Below the pieces are notes generated by a model. It was not told where the DNA came from, made no database searches, and saw only the letters and a list, made by a program, of their open reading frames with translations. Positions 9,301-17,248 of a DNA stretch of 28,571 nucleotides are shown piece by piece; the first letter of the stretch is position 1, and every line of letters starts with the position of its first letter. A program made the position numbers and the translations under genes. Source of the stretch: Candidatus Hermodarchaeota archaeon (GTDB taxonomy: Archaea; Asgardarchaeota; Lokiarchaeia; Sigyniarchaeales; SOKP01); assembly GCA_048885525.1 (NCBI GenBank), contig JBHLLP010000045.1, positions 1 through 28,571 of the forward strand, written 5' to 3'.

Positions 9301-11430
9301 ATGACAACCCTAATAATCACAGAAAAAAATAAAGCCGCTGAAGCTATTGCTAATGCATTAGGATCAGTTAAAACAATAAAAAAAACAAAAACTTTAAATA
9401 TTTATGAAATTGCATCAAAAAAGGTTTATGTAATTCCTTTACGTGGGCATATCCTCGAATATAAAAATACAGATATTTATAAAAGTTGGACAAAAACAAA
9501 TCCCAGAGACATTATTACCAATCCAACCGCAATTCAAAAAGTACCTATAAGTTATGCTAATTCCTATATAAAATGTTTAAAAGAATATTCAAAGATTTCT
9601 GATCATTGTATTATTGGAACAGATGCAGATATTGAAGGTTGTAATATTGGCTTATTTGATGCTCTTCCATTTGTAAAACATGCAAATCCTAGTATAAAAG
9701 TTTCGCAGTTATGGCTCAGTTCTCTTCAAAAAAGTGAAATTATAAATAAATTTAATAACTTAATCTCCCCAAAATATAGTTGGGGAGAATCAGGAGAAGC
9801 AAGAGCAATTATTGATGCATTCATTGGGTTTTCAGCTACTCGAGAGGTTACAAATACTCTCCGTCCATTATTAAACAAATTCAGAGTAAGATTTACTTCA
9901 ATTGGTCGTGTACAGACTAGTCTTTTATATTTGATTTATCTTAGAGAAAAAGAAATTTTAAATTTTGTCCCAGAACCTTACTTTTTATTAGATGCGGATT
10001 TATTTCACCAAAATGGAATTTTTAGAGCTCATCATCAACTTAACCCCTTCAAGAAAGATGATGAGGTAAAAGTAAAACAGATTTTTCAAAAGATTAGAAA
10101 TGAAAAAGAAGGAAAAATCATAGATAATTCTAAGAACATAGTTAGAAGATCCCCTCCAAGTCCATTGAATACATCGAAAGCTTTAATTTTTTTGACAAAA
10201 AATTTAAGAATTTCTGCAAACATGGCCATGAGAACTATGAATGCATTATATTTAAACAAAATAATCTCTTACCCTAGAACTGATAGTGACGTTTACAAAT
10301 CAAATTTTGATCATACTGCTGTATTACAAAAATTTACTTCACATCCTAAGTTTAAAAACTATACTATAAACATTTTAGCTAATAAGAGAGTTAATCCAAC
10401 CAAAGGAAAAAAAGATATGGGTGATCATCCTCCCATTACACCTCTTGAAAGTTTAGATGTTAATGATACAAAATTCGAGAATAAATTGCAAAGTAAAGTT
10501 TATGAACTACTAACACGCCATTACCTTGCACTTTTTGGAGAAGATGCTCTTGAATCAAAGCAGTTCTTAAAAATTTTAATTAAAGATGAGCCATTTAATG
10601 CTCAACTTGTATCATTGATTTCACCTGGATTTTTAGAAATTGCACCATTTCTCAAACCAAAATACGATGAACAGATCCAAATAATTGGCGATAAAATTCC
10701 AATAAAGGAGATCTTATTCATCCAAAAAGAAACAAAACCCCCTCCTCGATATAATGATACGTCCTTGCTAAAATTGATGGAAAAAAATCATTTGGGTACA
10801 AAATCAACAAGACCAATCATTATAAAGTTATTACAAACTCGCTCTTTAACAAAGAGAATGAAATATCAGTATTTTATAACAGATTTAGGAAATTTTATTA
10901 TTGAAAATTTAATTGAAATATGGTTACCATTTTTACAACCCGATTTTACAAGAAAAGTGGAGGGAAAACTTGAAGAAATTAAAGATAATAAAAAGCAAAT
11001 GAAGGATATTGTAGACGAAATAAGAAATGAATTCTTACAATTATTTGATAGATTCCTTGTAAATAAGCATAAATTAATATCTAAAATTGATAATTATAAA
11101 TTAGATTTTACTATCCCACTTACTACATCAAATTGTCCTTTCTGTAATAAAATTCCCATGAAATTTATTAATATTAAAAATAAAAGATTTTTAGTTTGCT
11201 CTGATGAAAACTGCAAACAATACTTATCTTTACCTAAGAATGGAAAAATACAATTATTAGATTCCGTTTGTTCAATTTGTAATTTCAATATTTTTAGAAT
11301 TAATCTTAAAAAAAATAATAAAAATATCACTTATTATATATGTCCTAAATGTTGGAATGAAGATCGTTCCAGTTTTTGTTCTAATTGTAAGAATTACAAA
11401 ATTATAAAAGGACAATGCATACAAAAATAA
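9301..11430 (+). CDS. topA: Type IA DNA topoisomerase (archaeal TopA/Top3 type) with C-terminal zinc-binding region
   Basis: TOPRIM LIITEK, GHI, GTDADIEG, SIGRVQT, catalytic ISYPRTDS, DHPPITP, LGTKSTR, C-terminal Cys pairs. ATG at 9301 preferred over TTG at 9268. Confidence 0.93.
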   Translation: MTTLIITEKNKAAEAIANALGSVKTIKKTKTLNIYEIASKKVYVIPLRGHILEYKNTDIYKSWTKTNPRDIITNPTAIQKVPISYANSYIKCLKEYSKISDHCIIGTDADIEGCNIGLFDALPFVKHANPSIKVSQLWLSSLQKSEIINKFNNLISPKYSWGESGEARAIIDAFIGFSATREVTNTLRPLLNKFRVRFTSIGRVQTSLLYLIYLREKEILNFVPEPYFLLDADLFHQNGIFRAHHQLNPFKKDDEVKVKQIFQKIRNEKEGKIIDNSKNIVRRSPPSPLNTSKALIFLTKNLRISANMAMRTMNALYLNKIISYPRTDSDVYKSNFDHTAVLQKFTSHPKFKNYTINILANKRVNPTKGKKDMGDHPPITPLESLDVNDTKFENKLQSKVYELLTRHYLALFGEDALESKQFLKILIKDEPFNAQLVSLISPGFLEIAPFLKPKYDEQIQIIGDKIPIKEILFIQKETKPPPRYNDTSLLKLMEKNHLGTKSTRPIIIKLLQTRSLTKRMKYQYFITDLGNFIIENLIEIWLPFLQPDFTRKVEGKLEEIKDNKKQMKDIVDEIRNEFLQLFDRFLVNKHKLISKIDNYKLDFTIPLTTSNCPFCNKIPMKFINIKNKRFLVCSDENCKQYLSLPKNGKIQLLDSVCSICNFNIFRINLKKNNKNITYYICPKCWNEDRSSFCSNCKNYKIIKGQCIQK

Positions 11431-11483
11431 AAGAGTATTAATTATTATTATAAAAGTGAAATAATTATTGAGAATTTAAGAAA

Positions 11484-11999
11484 ATGAATAAATTTGGATT
11501 TATCTCCTTAATTCTGACATTTGTTTTATTTTTCCTACAGTTTATACCTTTAGGTTTCTATTTTCAGTTTCAAAATCCTTATGTGAATTCCTATGTAAGA
11601 ATACCCATTCAATTAATTTCATTTCAAAATAACCACTTGTTTTTTTTGGGAGTAATGACAAATGGAGTATTCCAAACCTGGTTTGAAGTTAATTTATTAA
11701 CTGGAGTTTTATTCATTGTGCTTATGTCATTAGCAGCAATTGTTGTATTAGTAGGTTTTTGGAAAGAAAATAAAACTGGAAAGAAGTTAATATTAGTTAA
11801 CTTTATTGTTTTATTGACAATCCTCCTATACCTAATCATTGGAATTCCAATGTTGAGCCAAGAAATTTTTGGAACTCAGATTGACTATTTGGATATATTC
11901 ATATATCTTAATTATGGATTTTATATTTTATTATTGAATTTAATTTTTGCCGCAATAAGCTATTGGAAACATCCAATTGAATTAAAAGGAGGTGCATAA
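11484..11999 (+). CDS. Four-TM membrane protein, unknown function (paralog 1)
   Basis: Four hydrophobic segments with a long first loop. Shares motifs with the next gene. Confidence 0.75.
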   Translation: MNKFGFISLILTFVLFFLQFIPLGFYFQFQNPYVNSYVRIPIQLISFQNNHLFFLGVMTNGVFQTWFEVNLLTGVLFIVLMSLAAIVVLVGFWKENKTGKKLILVNFIVLLTILLYLIIGIPMLSQEIFGTQIDYLDIFIYLNYGFYILLLNLIFAAISYWKHPIELKGGA

Positions 12000-12492
12000 T
12001 ATTACTATAAAAATTGGGATTATCGCGGGAATATTTGCTCTATTATTAGCATTCATAGCTAAGATTCCAATTTACCCTCCAGAGAATTTAGTACTCTCGT
12101 TTAATATTTTTACTATAGATAATTTAGAATATTTTTTTTGGGGTTATTTAGTTAATGGAACTACTGCTTATACAGCTGTCGGGGGAAGTATCTCAGAAGT
12201 TATTATTTCTACAAGCATATGGCTAATGATTTTTTATATTGGATTAAGCTCGATATTTGCTTCAACTAACAAAGCAAAATTGCATAACTCCATAAAATTA
12301 TTCAAAATTAATATCCTACTCTTAAGTATAATTCTGTTAATATTTGGAATCATTATATTCTTTATACTATTAGTGGATTTTGCTTTATTTCTTTATGTAA
12401 TAGGATTTGGATATTATTTTATTATTATAATTTTGATATTAAATGTAACATCGCTAAAAATTTTAAAGCAAGATTCGGTTTTCCTTAATTGA
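11992..12492 (+). CDS. Four-TM membrane protein, unknown function (paralog 2)
   Basis: GTG start overlaps the upstream gene by 8 nt. Four hydrophobic segments, with FFWG..NG and GFGYY motifs matching paralog 1. Confidence 0.72.
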   Translation: MHNITIKIGIIAGIFALLLAFIAKIPIYPPENLVLSFNIFTIDNLEYFFWGYLVNGTTAYTAVGGSISEVIISTSIWLMIFYIGLSSIFASTNKAKLHNSIKLFKINILLLSIILLIFGIIIFFILLVDFALFLYVIGFGYYFIIIILILNVTSLKILKQDSVFLN

Positions 12493-12509
12493 ACTTAAAA
12501 TGCTTTTTT

Positions 12510-12851
12510 TTATTTTAGAAAATCATTTGAATCAAAACGATAGGCGGCTCTAGTTAACCCAACATAATTATCAGATATTTTATAATAAAGCTTGCTGTTT
12601 ACGATCTTTTTTTGCAGATAATTATTTTTTATGTAGTGATTCAATGAAGACATCATAGTCCCAAGCGTGACTGATCCAATATACCCATGTTGCTTTTTTG
12701 TAACTCTTATTAACTCTAATTCTGAGTGCCAATGACCATCAAGTAGAGCAATTAGTATTTCATTTTTTATTGGAGTTTTGATATCCTTTATTTTATTGAA
12801 TAAATGTGAATAACTTGGTTTGTAAAATCTATTTTCATCAAAATTTTCCAT
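12510..12851 (-). CDS. Putative winged-helix protein
   Basis: Helix-helix-helix-hairpin pattern: IKNEILIALLDG-WHSELELIR...TLGTMMSSL...YLQKKIVNSKLYYKI. Confidence 0.55.
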   Translation of the reverse strand: MENFDENRFYKPSYSHLFNKIKDIKTPIKNEILIALLDGHWHSELELIRVTKKQHGYIGSVTLGTMMSSLNHYIKNNYLQKKIVNSKLYYKISDNYVGLTRAAYRFDSNDFLK

Positions 12852-12969
12852 ATTATTTTATCCCTATAAAAGCAGTAGTTATAATATGATTTAATATAGA
12901 GATTTCTTATTTAACAAAATGTAATATCTCAATGTTATTGGGATATTATACAAAATTAAATTGAAAATT

Positions 12970-14091
12970 TTAGAGTAAATTAGGTGGAATACCTTCATTA
13001 AAATATTTGGCACGTGTAATCCAATTCTGGGAAAATTCGGGGATCATAGCGAGTATAGAACCGCCTACCCATACAGAAAACGTTCGTTCCATTGGAGCAA
13101 TAATTCTGATACCTAGATTTTTCCTCTTTCTCCTTGCTAATTCCAATTCTAATTCTTGATACATACGTGATTTCATATTGGGGAACATTGAGGAACCACC
13201 TGAAAGGAAAATATTATTTAGTAAATCTGGGCGAATATTTAAATCACATTCTTCAACTACATCCATAATGGCTATATGTAATGCATCTACTTCTAATTCT
13301 GAAGTAGGTCTGAATAGCAATTCAGGAATGATAAATCTTTCTTTATTAAGTGAGATTGTAGATCCATCAGGAAGTGAATATTCTTTTTCATACTGTTCAA
13401 CTCGTTTAAGATCTTCTTTATAATCTAAAGATACAAAACACGCTTTTTCTTTTAATACTCTTACTAGTTCCCTTCGGATAGAAGAATCAACTGACCAACC
13501 AATTGATTCTAAAGTTTGTTCCATATGGTGGGTTAGAACTCTTCCACCAATATCTAAAATTCTTACAGCATGTTCCAACTTGTATCCTTCATATATAGGG
13601 ACTATTCTGGTGTTACTGTCTCCAATCTCAACGATAAGACCTGTTTGAAAACCGCCTGAATATAAAGTTAGCATTGAATCTAATACGGGATAAAATGCCA
13701 TACACTGATAGTTTTCTAAAAATAACTCAAAAATTTTTTCTAAGTCTTTATATGGAAAAAGTGGATGCATAGCAAATAAGACATTAACAAGGGTAGAATC
13801 TACTCTAAGATTGTAAAAAATATAATCAATGATATTCTGAAAATGTGTCCAATCTACAATTATTCCTTTTTCAATAGGATGGAAGATCTTATATAGTCCA
13901 ATTGATTGAATCTCATCTCCGACATATATCTCGTCTTCACGAGATTTCTTAGATTCATAACTTAAATCTACATTTTGATATTTAGGTTTCCCAACCATCG
14001 TTAGGAAAACTTGAGACGGCGTATCTTCGCCCGCGAATCCAATTTTCGTACTGAACTGTCCAACATCGAGAACAACTGTTAGATTTCCCAT
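12970..14091 (-). CDS. Actin-related protein (divergent Asgard actin family)
   Basis: Colinear with actin over 373 aa: VVLDVG..TKIGFAGED, VGKPK, YVGDE, PIEKG, IVPIYEGY, LDIGGR.LT, KEKACFV, YSLPDG, ERF..PELLF, LSGGSSMFP, IIAPMERTFSVWVGGSILA, WITRAKY. Confidence 0.95.
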   Translation of the reverse strand: MGNLTVVLDVGQFSTKIGFAGEDTPSQVFLTMVGKPKYQNVDLSYESKKSREDEIYVGDEIQSIGLYKIFHPIEKGIIVDWTHFQNIIDYIFYNLRVDSTLVNVLFAMHPLFPYKDLEKIFELFLENYQCMAFYPVLDSMLTLYSGGFQTGLIVEIGDSNTRIVPIYEGYKLEHAVRILDIGGRVLTHHMEQTLESIGWSVDSSIRRELVRVLKEKACFVSLDYKEDLKRVEQYEKEYSLPDGSTISLNKERFIIPELLFRPTSELEVDALHIAIMDVVEECDLNIRPDLLNNIFLSGGSSMFPNMKSRMYQELELELARRKRKNLGIRIIAPMERTFSVWVGGSILAMIPEFSQNWITRAKYFNEGIPPNLL

Positions 14092-14181
14092 GCTTTACTA
14101 TTTTTTAATTTAATTATGAGATATTTTGCCAATACTATTATATCTATATATTGTTTTACTAATTAAAAAAATTCTGTACTT

Positions 14182-14928
14182 CTATCCTAATAGAATTTTT
14201 AATGGAGTATACGTTGTCTCAGGAATAAAACATTCTCCATATTCGGCATTAATTTCATTTCCCCGTAGAATTGCAGTATCCTCAGCCCAATCTAGAACAC
14301 GTTCCAGAACTTCTTTTTGGGATATATAAACTTGATTAAAAATTTTTTTTTTTTCTTCCCAATAATCTTCAATATTCACTGTTACAAATACCGAGCCCTC
14401 AATATATTCGAATTTACACGATGGCGATTCATAGTAATAAACACCCAACGGAGTCCAACTTCTCTTATGACCTCCATATGCTTTACCAGATGAACAGTGA
14501 TATATTGCTTCCCTGGTAATTAATGATAAATTCCGATGTACGCGGTGGAAATCTGAATAATGAGGGATTAGGATTACTTGAGGTTTATAATCCCTTATAA
14601 GATTCGTAATTTGTGAGATTTTAGCTCTTTCAATTTGCATATCGAAGTAATTTAATTGAATAAACTCACAATTTAATATTGATCTTATTGATTTTAATTC
14701 ACCTTCTCTTTGCTGTTGAATAATTTCTTTATCATCATCTCTGGCATATCCTCCTAAGCCCGAAGTAGCAATAACTATAACAATTTCTGCTCCAAATTTT
14801 TGATATTTTAGAATGGTACCTCCACATGACACTAATTCATCATCGGGATGCCCAGCAAAAATCAACATCCGCTTAGGGACAATAATGGGAATATCATCTT
14901 CACATAATAATAAATTTTGATCAGACAT
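14182..14928 (-). CDS. PIG-L/LmbE family N-acetyl-sugar deacetylase
   Basis: AGHPDDELVSCGG metal motif, ATSG, REGE, IRDYKPQVILIP..DFHRVH (HxDH variant), C-terminal YGECF. ATG at 14928 (MSDQNL) preferred; 14967 is possible. Confidence 0.88.
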   Translation of the reverse strand: MSDQNLLLCEDDIPIIVPKRMLIFAGHPDDELVSCGGTILKYQKFGAEIVIVIATSGLGGYARDDDKEIIQQQREGELKSIRSILNCEFIQLNYFDMQIERAKISQITNLIRDYKPQVILIPHYSDFHRVHRNLSLITREAIYHCSSGKAYGGHKRSWTPLGVYYYESPSCKFEYIEGSVFVTVNIEDYWEEKKKIFNQVYISQKEVLERVLDWAEDTAILRGNEINAEYGECFIPETTYTPLKILLG

Positions 14929-15067
14929 ATAAGATAACACTCTAATTAAAATTAAAAATATTATCATATTGTTTTAAATAAAAATAATAGAATTTCTATA
15001 ATTGAACTAAATAAATTGCTAGTTGTCTAAAAAGATATTTGATAAAAAAGAAAAATTAAGAAAGTTC

Positions 15068-15763
15068 TTATTCTCCTCTCATTATTTTCTTTAAACGGTT
15101 CAATTCATCTAACATTTCATCTCGAAGTGAACCTAATCCACCCCCTGTTTTAGGAGCTACTGTGGGAGCAGCAGGAGCACCTCCACCTGGAGGTTTTGGG
15201 AGACTAGCACCTGGGGGTGCAGTTGGTCTTTTTGCAAATGCAGGAGCACTTGGAGGACTTACACTTGGGGGGCCACTGGGGGCTTTAGGTGGTCCACCGA
15301 CGGGAGCTTTTGGAGGAGCACCGCTTGGAGGTAATTTAGGAGCAGGTGGTAAACCAGGGCGTTTAGGTGGTCCTGATGATGGAGCACTAGGCAGCCCCGC
15401 TTTCGGGGCACTAGGTGGTCCTCCACTAATTGGTGGGGCAGGAGCACCAGCAATGGGCGGTGCAGGTACAGATTCAGGAGCTGCAGCACCTCCACCACTG
15501 CTTAATAAAGAGAATAATGTACTTGCCGCAGCAGTTCTAGCTCCTTGACTTGTTGGAACGACTATTTTTTTAGAGGAAGTACTAACAGTTTGAACTTCTT
15601 CAACAACAGAGACTTCTTTCAAATCTTTTTGAGCTTTAGCTAATGATTTAATAAAGTCGTTTATCCCTTTAACAGTCTCTTCTAGATCATCAGCCAGGGA
15701 AGTTAAACCCTTTTTCATAAAATTAATAACACGTTCAATTTTTTTCTGATCTTTTGAAACCAC
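15068..15763 (-). CDS. Coiled-coil + Pro/Ala/Gly-rich protein with C-terminal WH2-like amphipathic helix
   Basis: GTG start with upstream GAGGA. N-terminal heptad helix of about 50 aa, a low-complexity P/A/G/S tract of about 110 aa, and C-terminus GSLRDEMLDELNRLKKIMRGE. Confidence 0.8.
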   Translation of the reverse strand: MVSKDQKKIERVINFMKKGLTSLADDLEETVKGINDFIKSLAKAQKDLKEVSVVEEVQTVSTSSKKIVVPTSQGARTAAASTLFSLLSSGGGAAAPESVPAPPIAGAPAPPISGGPPSAPKAGLPSAPSSGPPKRPGLPPAPKLPPSGAPPKAPVGGPPKAPSGPPSVSPPSAPAFAKRPTAPPGASLPKPPGGGAPAAPTVAPKTGGGLGSLRDEMLDELNRLKKIMRGE

Positions 15764-16035
15764 GTTCTACTCAATTCCTCTAAAATTATTGAAAATTTGA
15801 TTAAAAATAAAATTACTAGTAATAATCTTTATATTTTAATTATATTAATATGTATTTATATTTTTATTCCATTCTTATTTGAATCTATATACCGAAATAT
15901 TACGTAAATCCAAAAAAACGTTAATTATTAAAAAACCTAAACTAATAATATTATATAACATATTTCATTAGTAAGTTTAAAAATTATTAAAAATTCAATT
16001 TTAAGATTGAAATGAATTAAAAAGGTTTGCAAAAA

Positions 16036-16302
16036 ATGCCTAAGCGAGAATTATTCATTAAACGGGTTTATGAAATTGTAAACGAACTTAAAATACCTTT
16101 AATTGACGAAAGAGTATATGATAAGGTTAATTTCAACACTGGAGCAGCTATTGCAACAGTAATTTTCAGATTTGAGGAAGACGAATCGGTTATCCGCGGA
16201 TTTTTAGGATTGGCTGAATATTTTCATACGGTGGTGGTCAAGCGTAAAGACGAATTTTTTATTCCTCATGCCTCTATATTATTCCGTTTGATAAGCGCTT
16301 AA
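16036..16302 (+). CDS. Hypothetical protein (88 aa)
   Basis: Clean ORF with globular alpha/beta composition, followed by a T-tract. ATG at 16036 preferred over TTG at 16027. Confidence 0.7.
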   Translation: MPKRELFIKRVYEIVNELKIPLIDERVYDKVNFNTGAAIATVIFRFEEDESVIRGFLGLAEYFHTVVVKRKDEFFIPHASILFRLISA

Positions 16303-16348
16303 ATAAAATATTTTTTTTACTTTTCTTTTAGTTTTTTAGCTCTTTCTG

Positions 16349-17059
16349 CTATTTTATCCTTGAGATGTAATGATTTGATTTATTAATTATTTCTAATACT
16401 TCTGATTCTGGAACATCATACCAATTCTGGTAAGCATCAGCGACCGCAAACCACATTACTTCTCTAATATTTGGACAAAAAATCTCATCTACTTCGGGTC
16501 TAACCTTTTTAATGGTTCTTAGTGGTGCTGTAGGAACAGCAACAATGATTTTTTTAGGATCATATTTTTTTATCATATTAATTGCAGCTAACATAGTAAA
16601 ACCCGAAGCTAAGCCATCATCTAGGATAAAATTGTATTTTTGTTTAATATTCTGGGTATAGAATTCTTCCAAATTATATTCTTTATTATAAAATTTCAGT
16701 CGATTCCGGATTTCATTCTTAGTTAAATCTATAGAATCATTAACTGCTCGTTCGGATAAATTCAAATGGGATATGAGCTCCTTATTAATTAAAACTGTGC
16801 CATCTGTGGTAACTGAACCAAAACCCGCTTCAGTATTATAAGGTATTTTTATTTTCCGAACAATGAGTATATCGTAATTCAAATTATAATAAGCACAAAA
16901 ACCTTCGGTAACTGGTACACCTCCATTCGGAATTGCAAAGCAAAAGCAATTATCATTATTTTCAAAAATAAAGTTATATAAACGTTCATTTTCAAGTCTA
17001 ATATATTCTGCTACCAATCCTCCGGCTTCAACTCGAGAATTATATCTAACAAATTTCAT
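16349..17059 (-). CDS. Phosphoribosyltransferase-family protein (COG1926 type)
   Basis: SRVEAG, AIPNGGVP, VRKI..PYNTEAGFGSV, PRPP-binding loop ILDDGLASGFT, VAVPTAP, AVADAY. Confidence 0.88.
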   Translation of the reverse strand: MKFVRYNSRVEAGGLVAEYIRLENERLYNFIFENNDNCFCFAIPNGGVPVTEGFCAYYNLNYDILIVRKIKIPYNTEAGFGSVTTDGTVLINKELISHLNLSERAVNDSIDLTKNEIRNRLKFYNKEYNLEEFYTQNIKQKYNFILDDGLASGFTMLAAINMIKKYDPKKIIVAVPTAPLRTIKKVRPEVDEIFCPNIREVMWFAVADAYQNWYDVPESEVLEIINKSNHYISRIK

Positions 17060-17248
17060 GCTGAGTAATAAATATCAAAAACATTTATATAAAAATTACA
17101 GTTTTAAAGCCAAAATAGCTAAATACCTCACGTATATTTATTTATTTTAAATCATAATTATCAAGGTAAATTTAAATATATGAAGTTGGATAATAATAAT
17201 AACCATTTAATTTAAAATTATAAATCCAAAACAAGAATTGACTGAATT

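Noticed and set aside
14343-14354. 12-nt homopolymer within the PIG-L gene as a possible phase-variation site (another A12 at 19233-19244)
   Set aside because: Frames are intact and encode Lys runs. Long A/T runs are frequent in this AT-rich sequence.
15146-15490. GC-rich island suggesting an RNA gene or horizontally acquired DNA
   Set aside because: Fully explained by Pro/Ala/Gly codons with A/T-rich third positions. No tRNA or rRNA hallmarks.
15162-15548. Gly-rich 128-aa plus-strand ORF, and the 79-aa alternative-frame ORF at 15259-15498
   Set aside because: Shadows of the Pro/Ala/Gly-rich gene. Antisense Pro codons read as Gly, and the high local GC suppresses stop codons.
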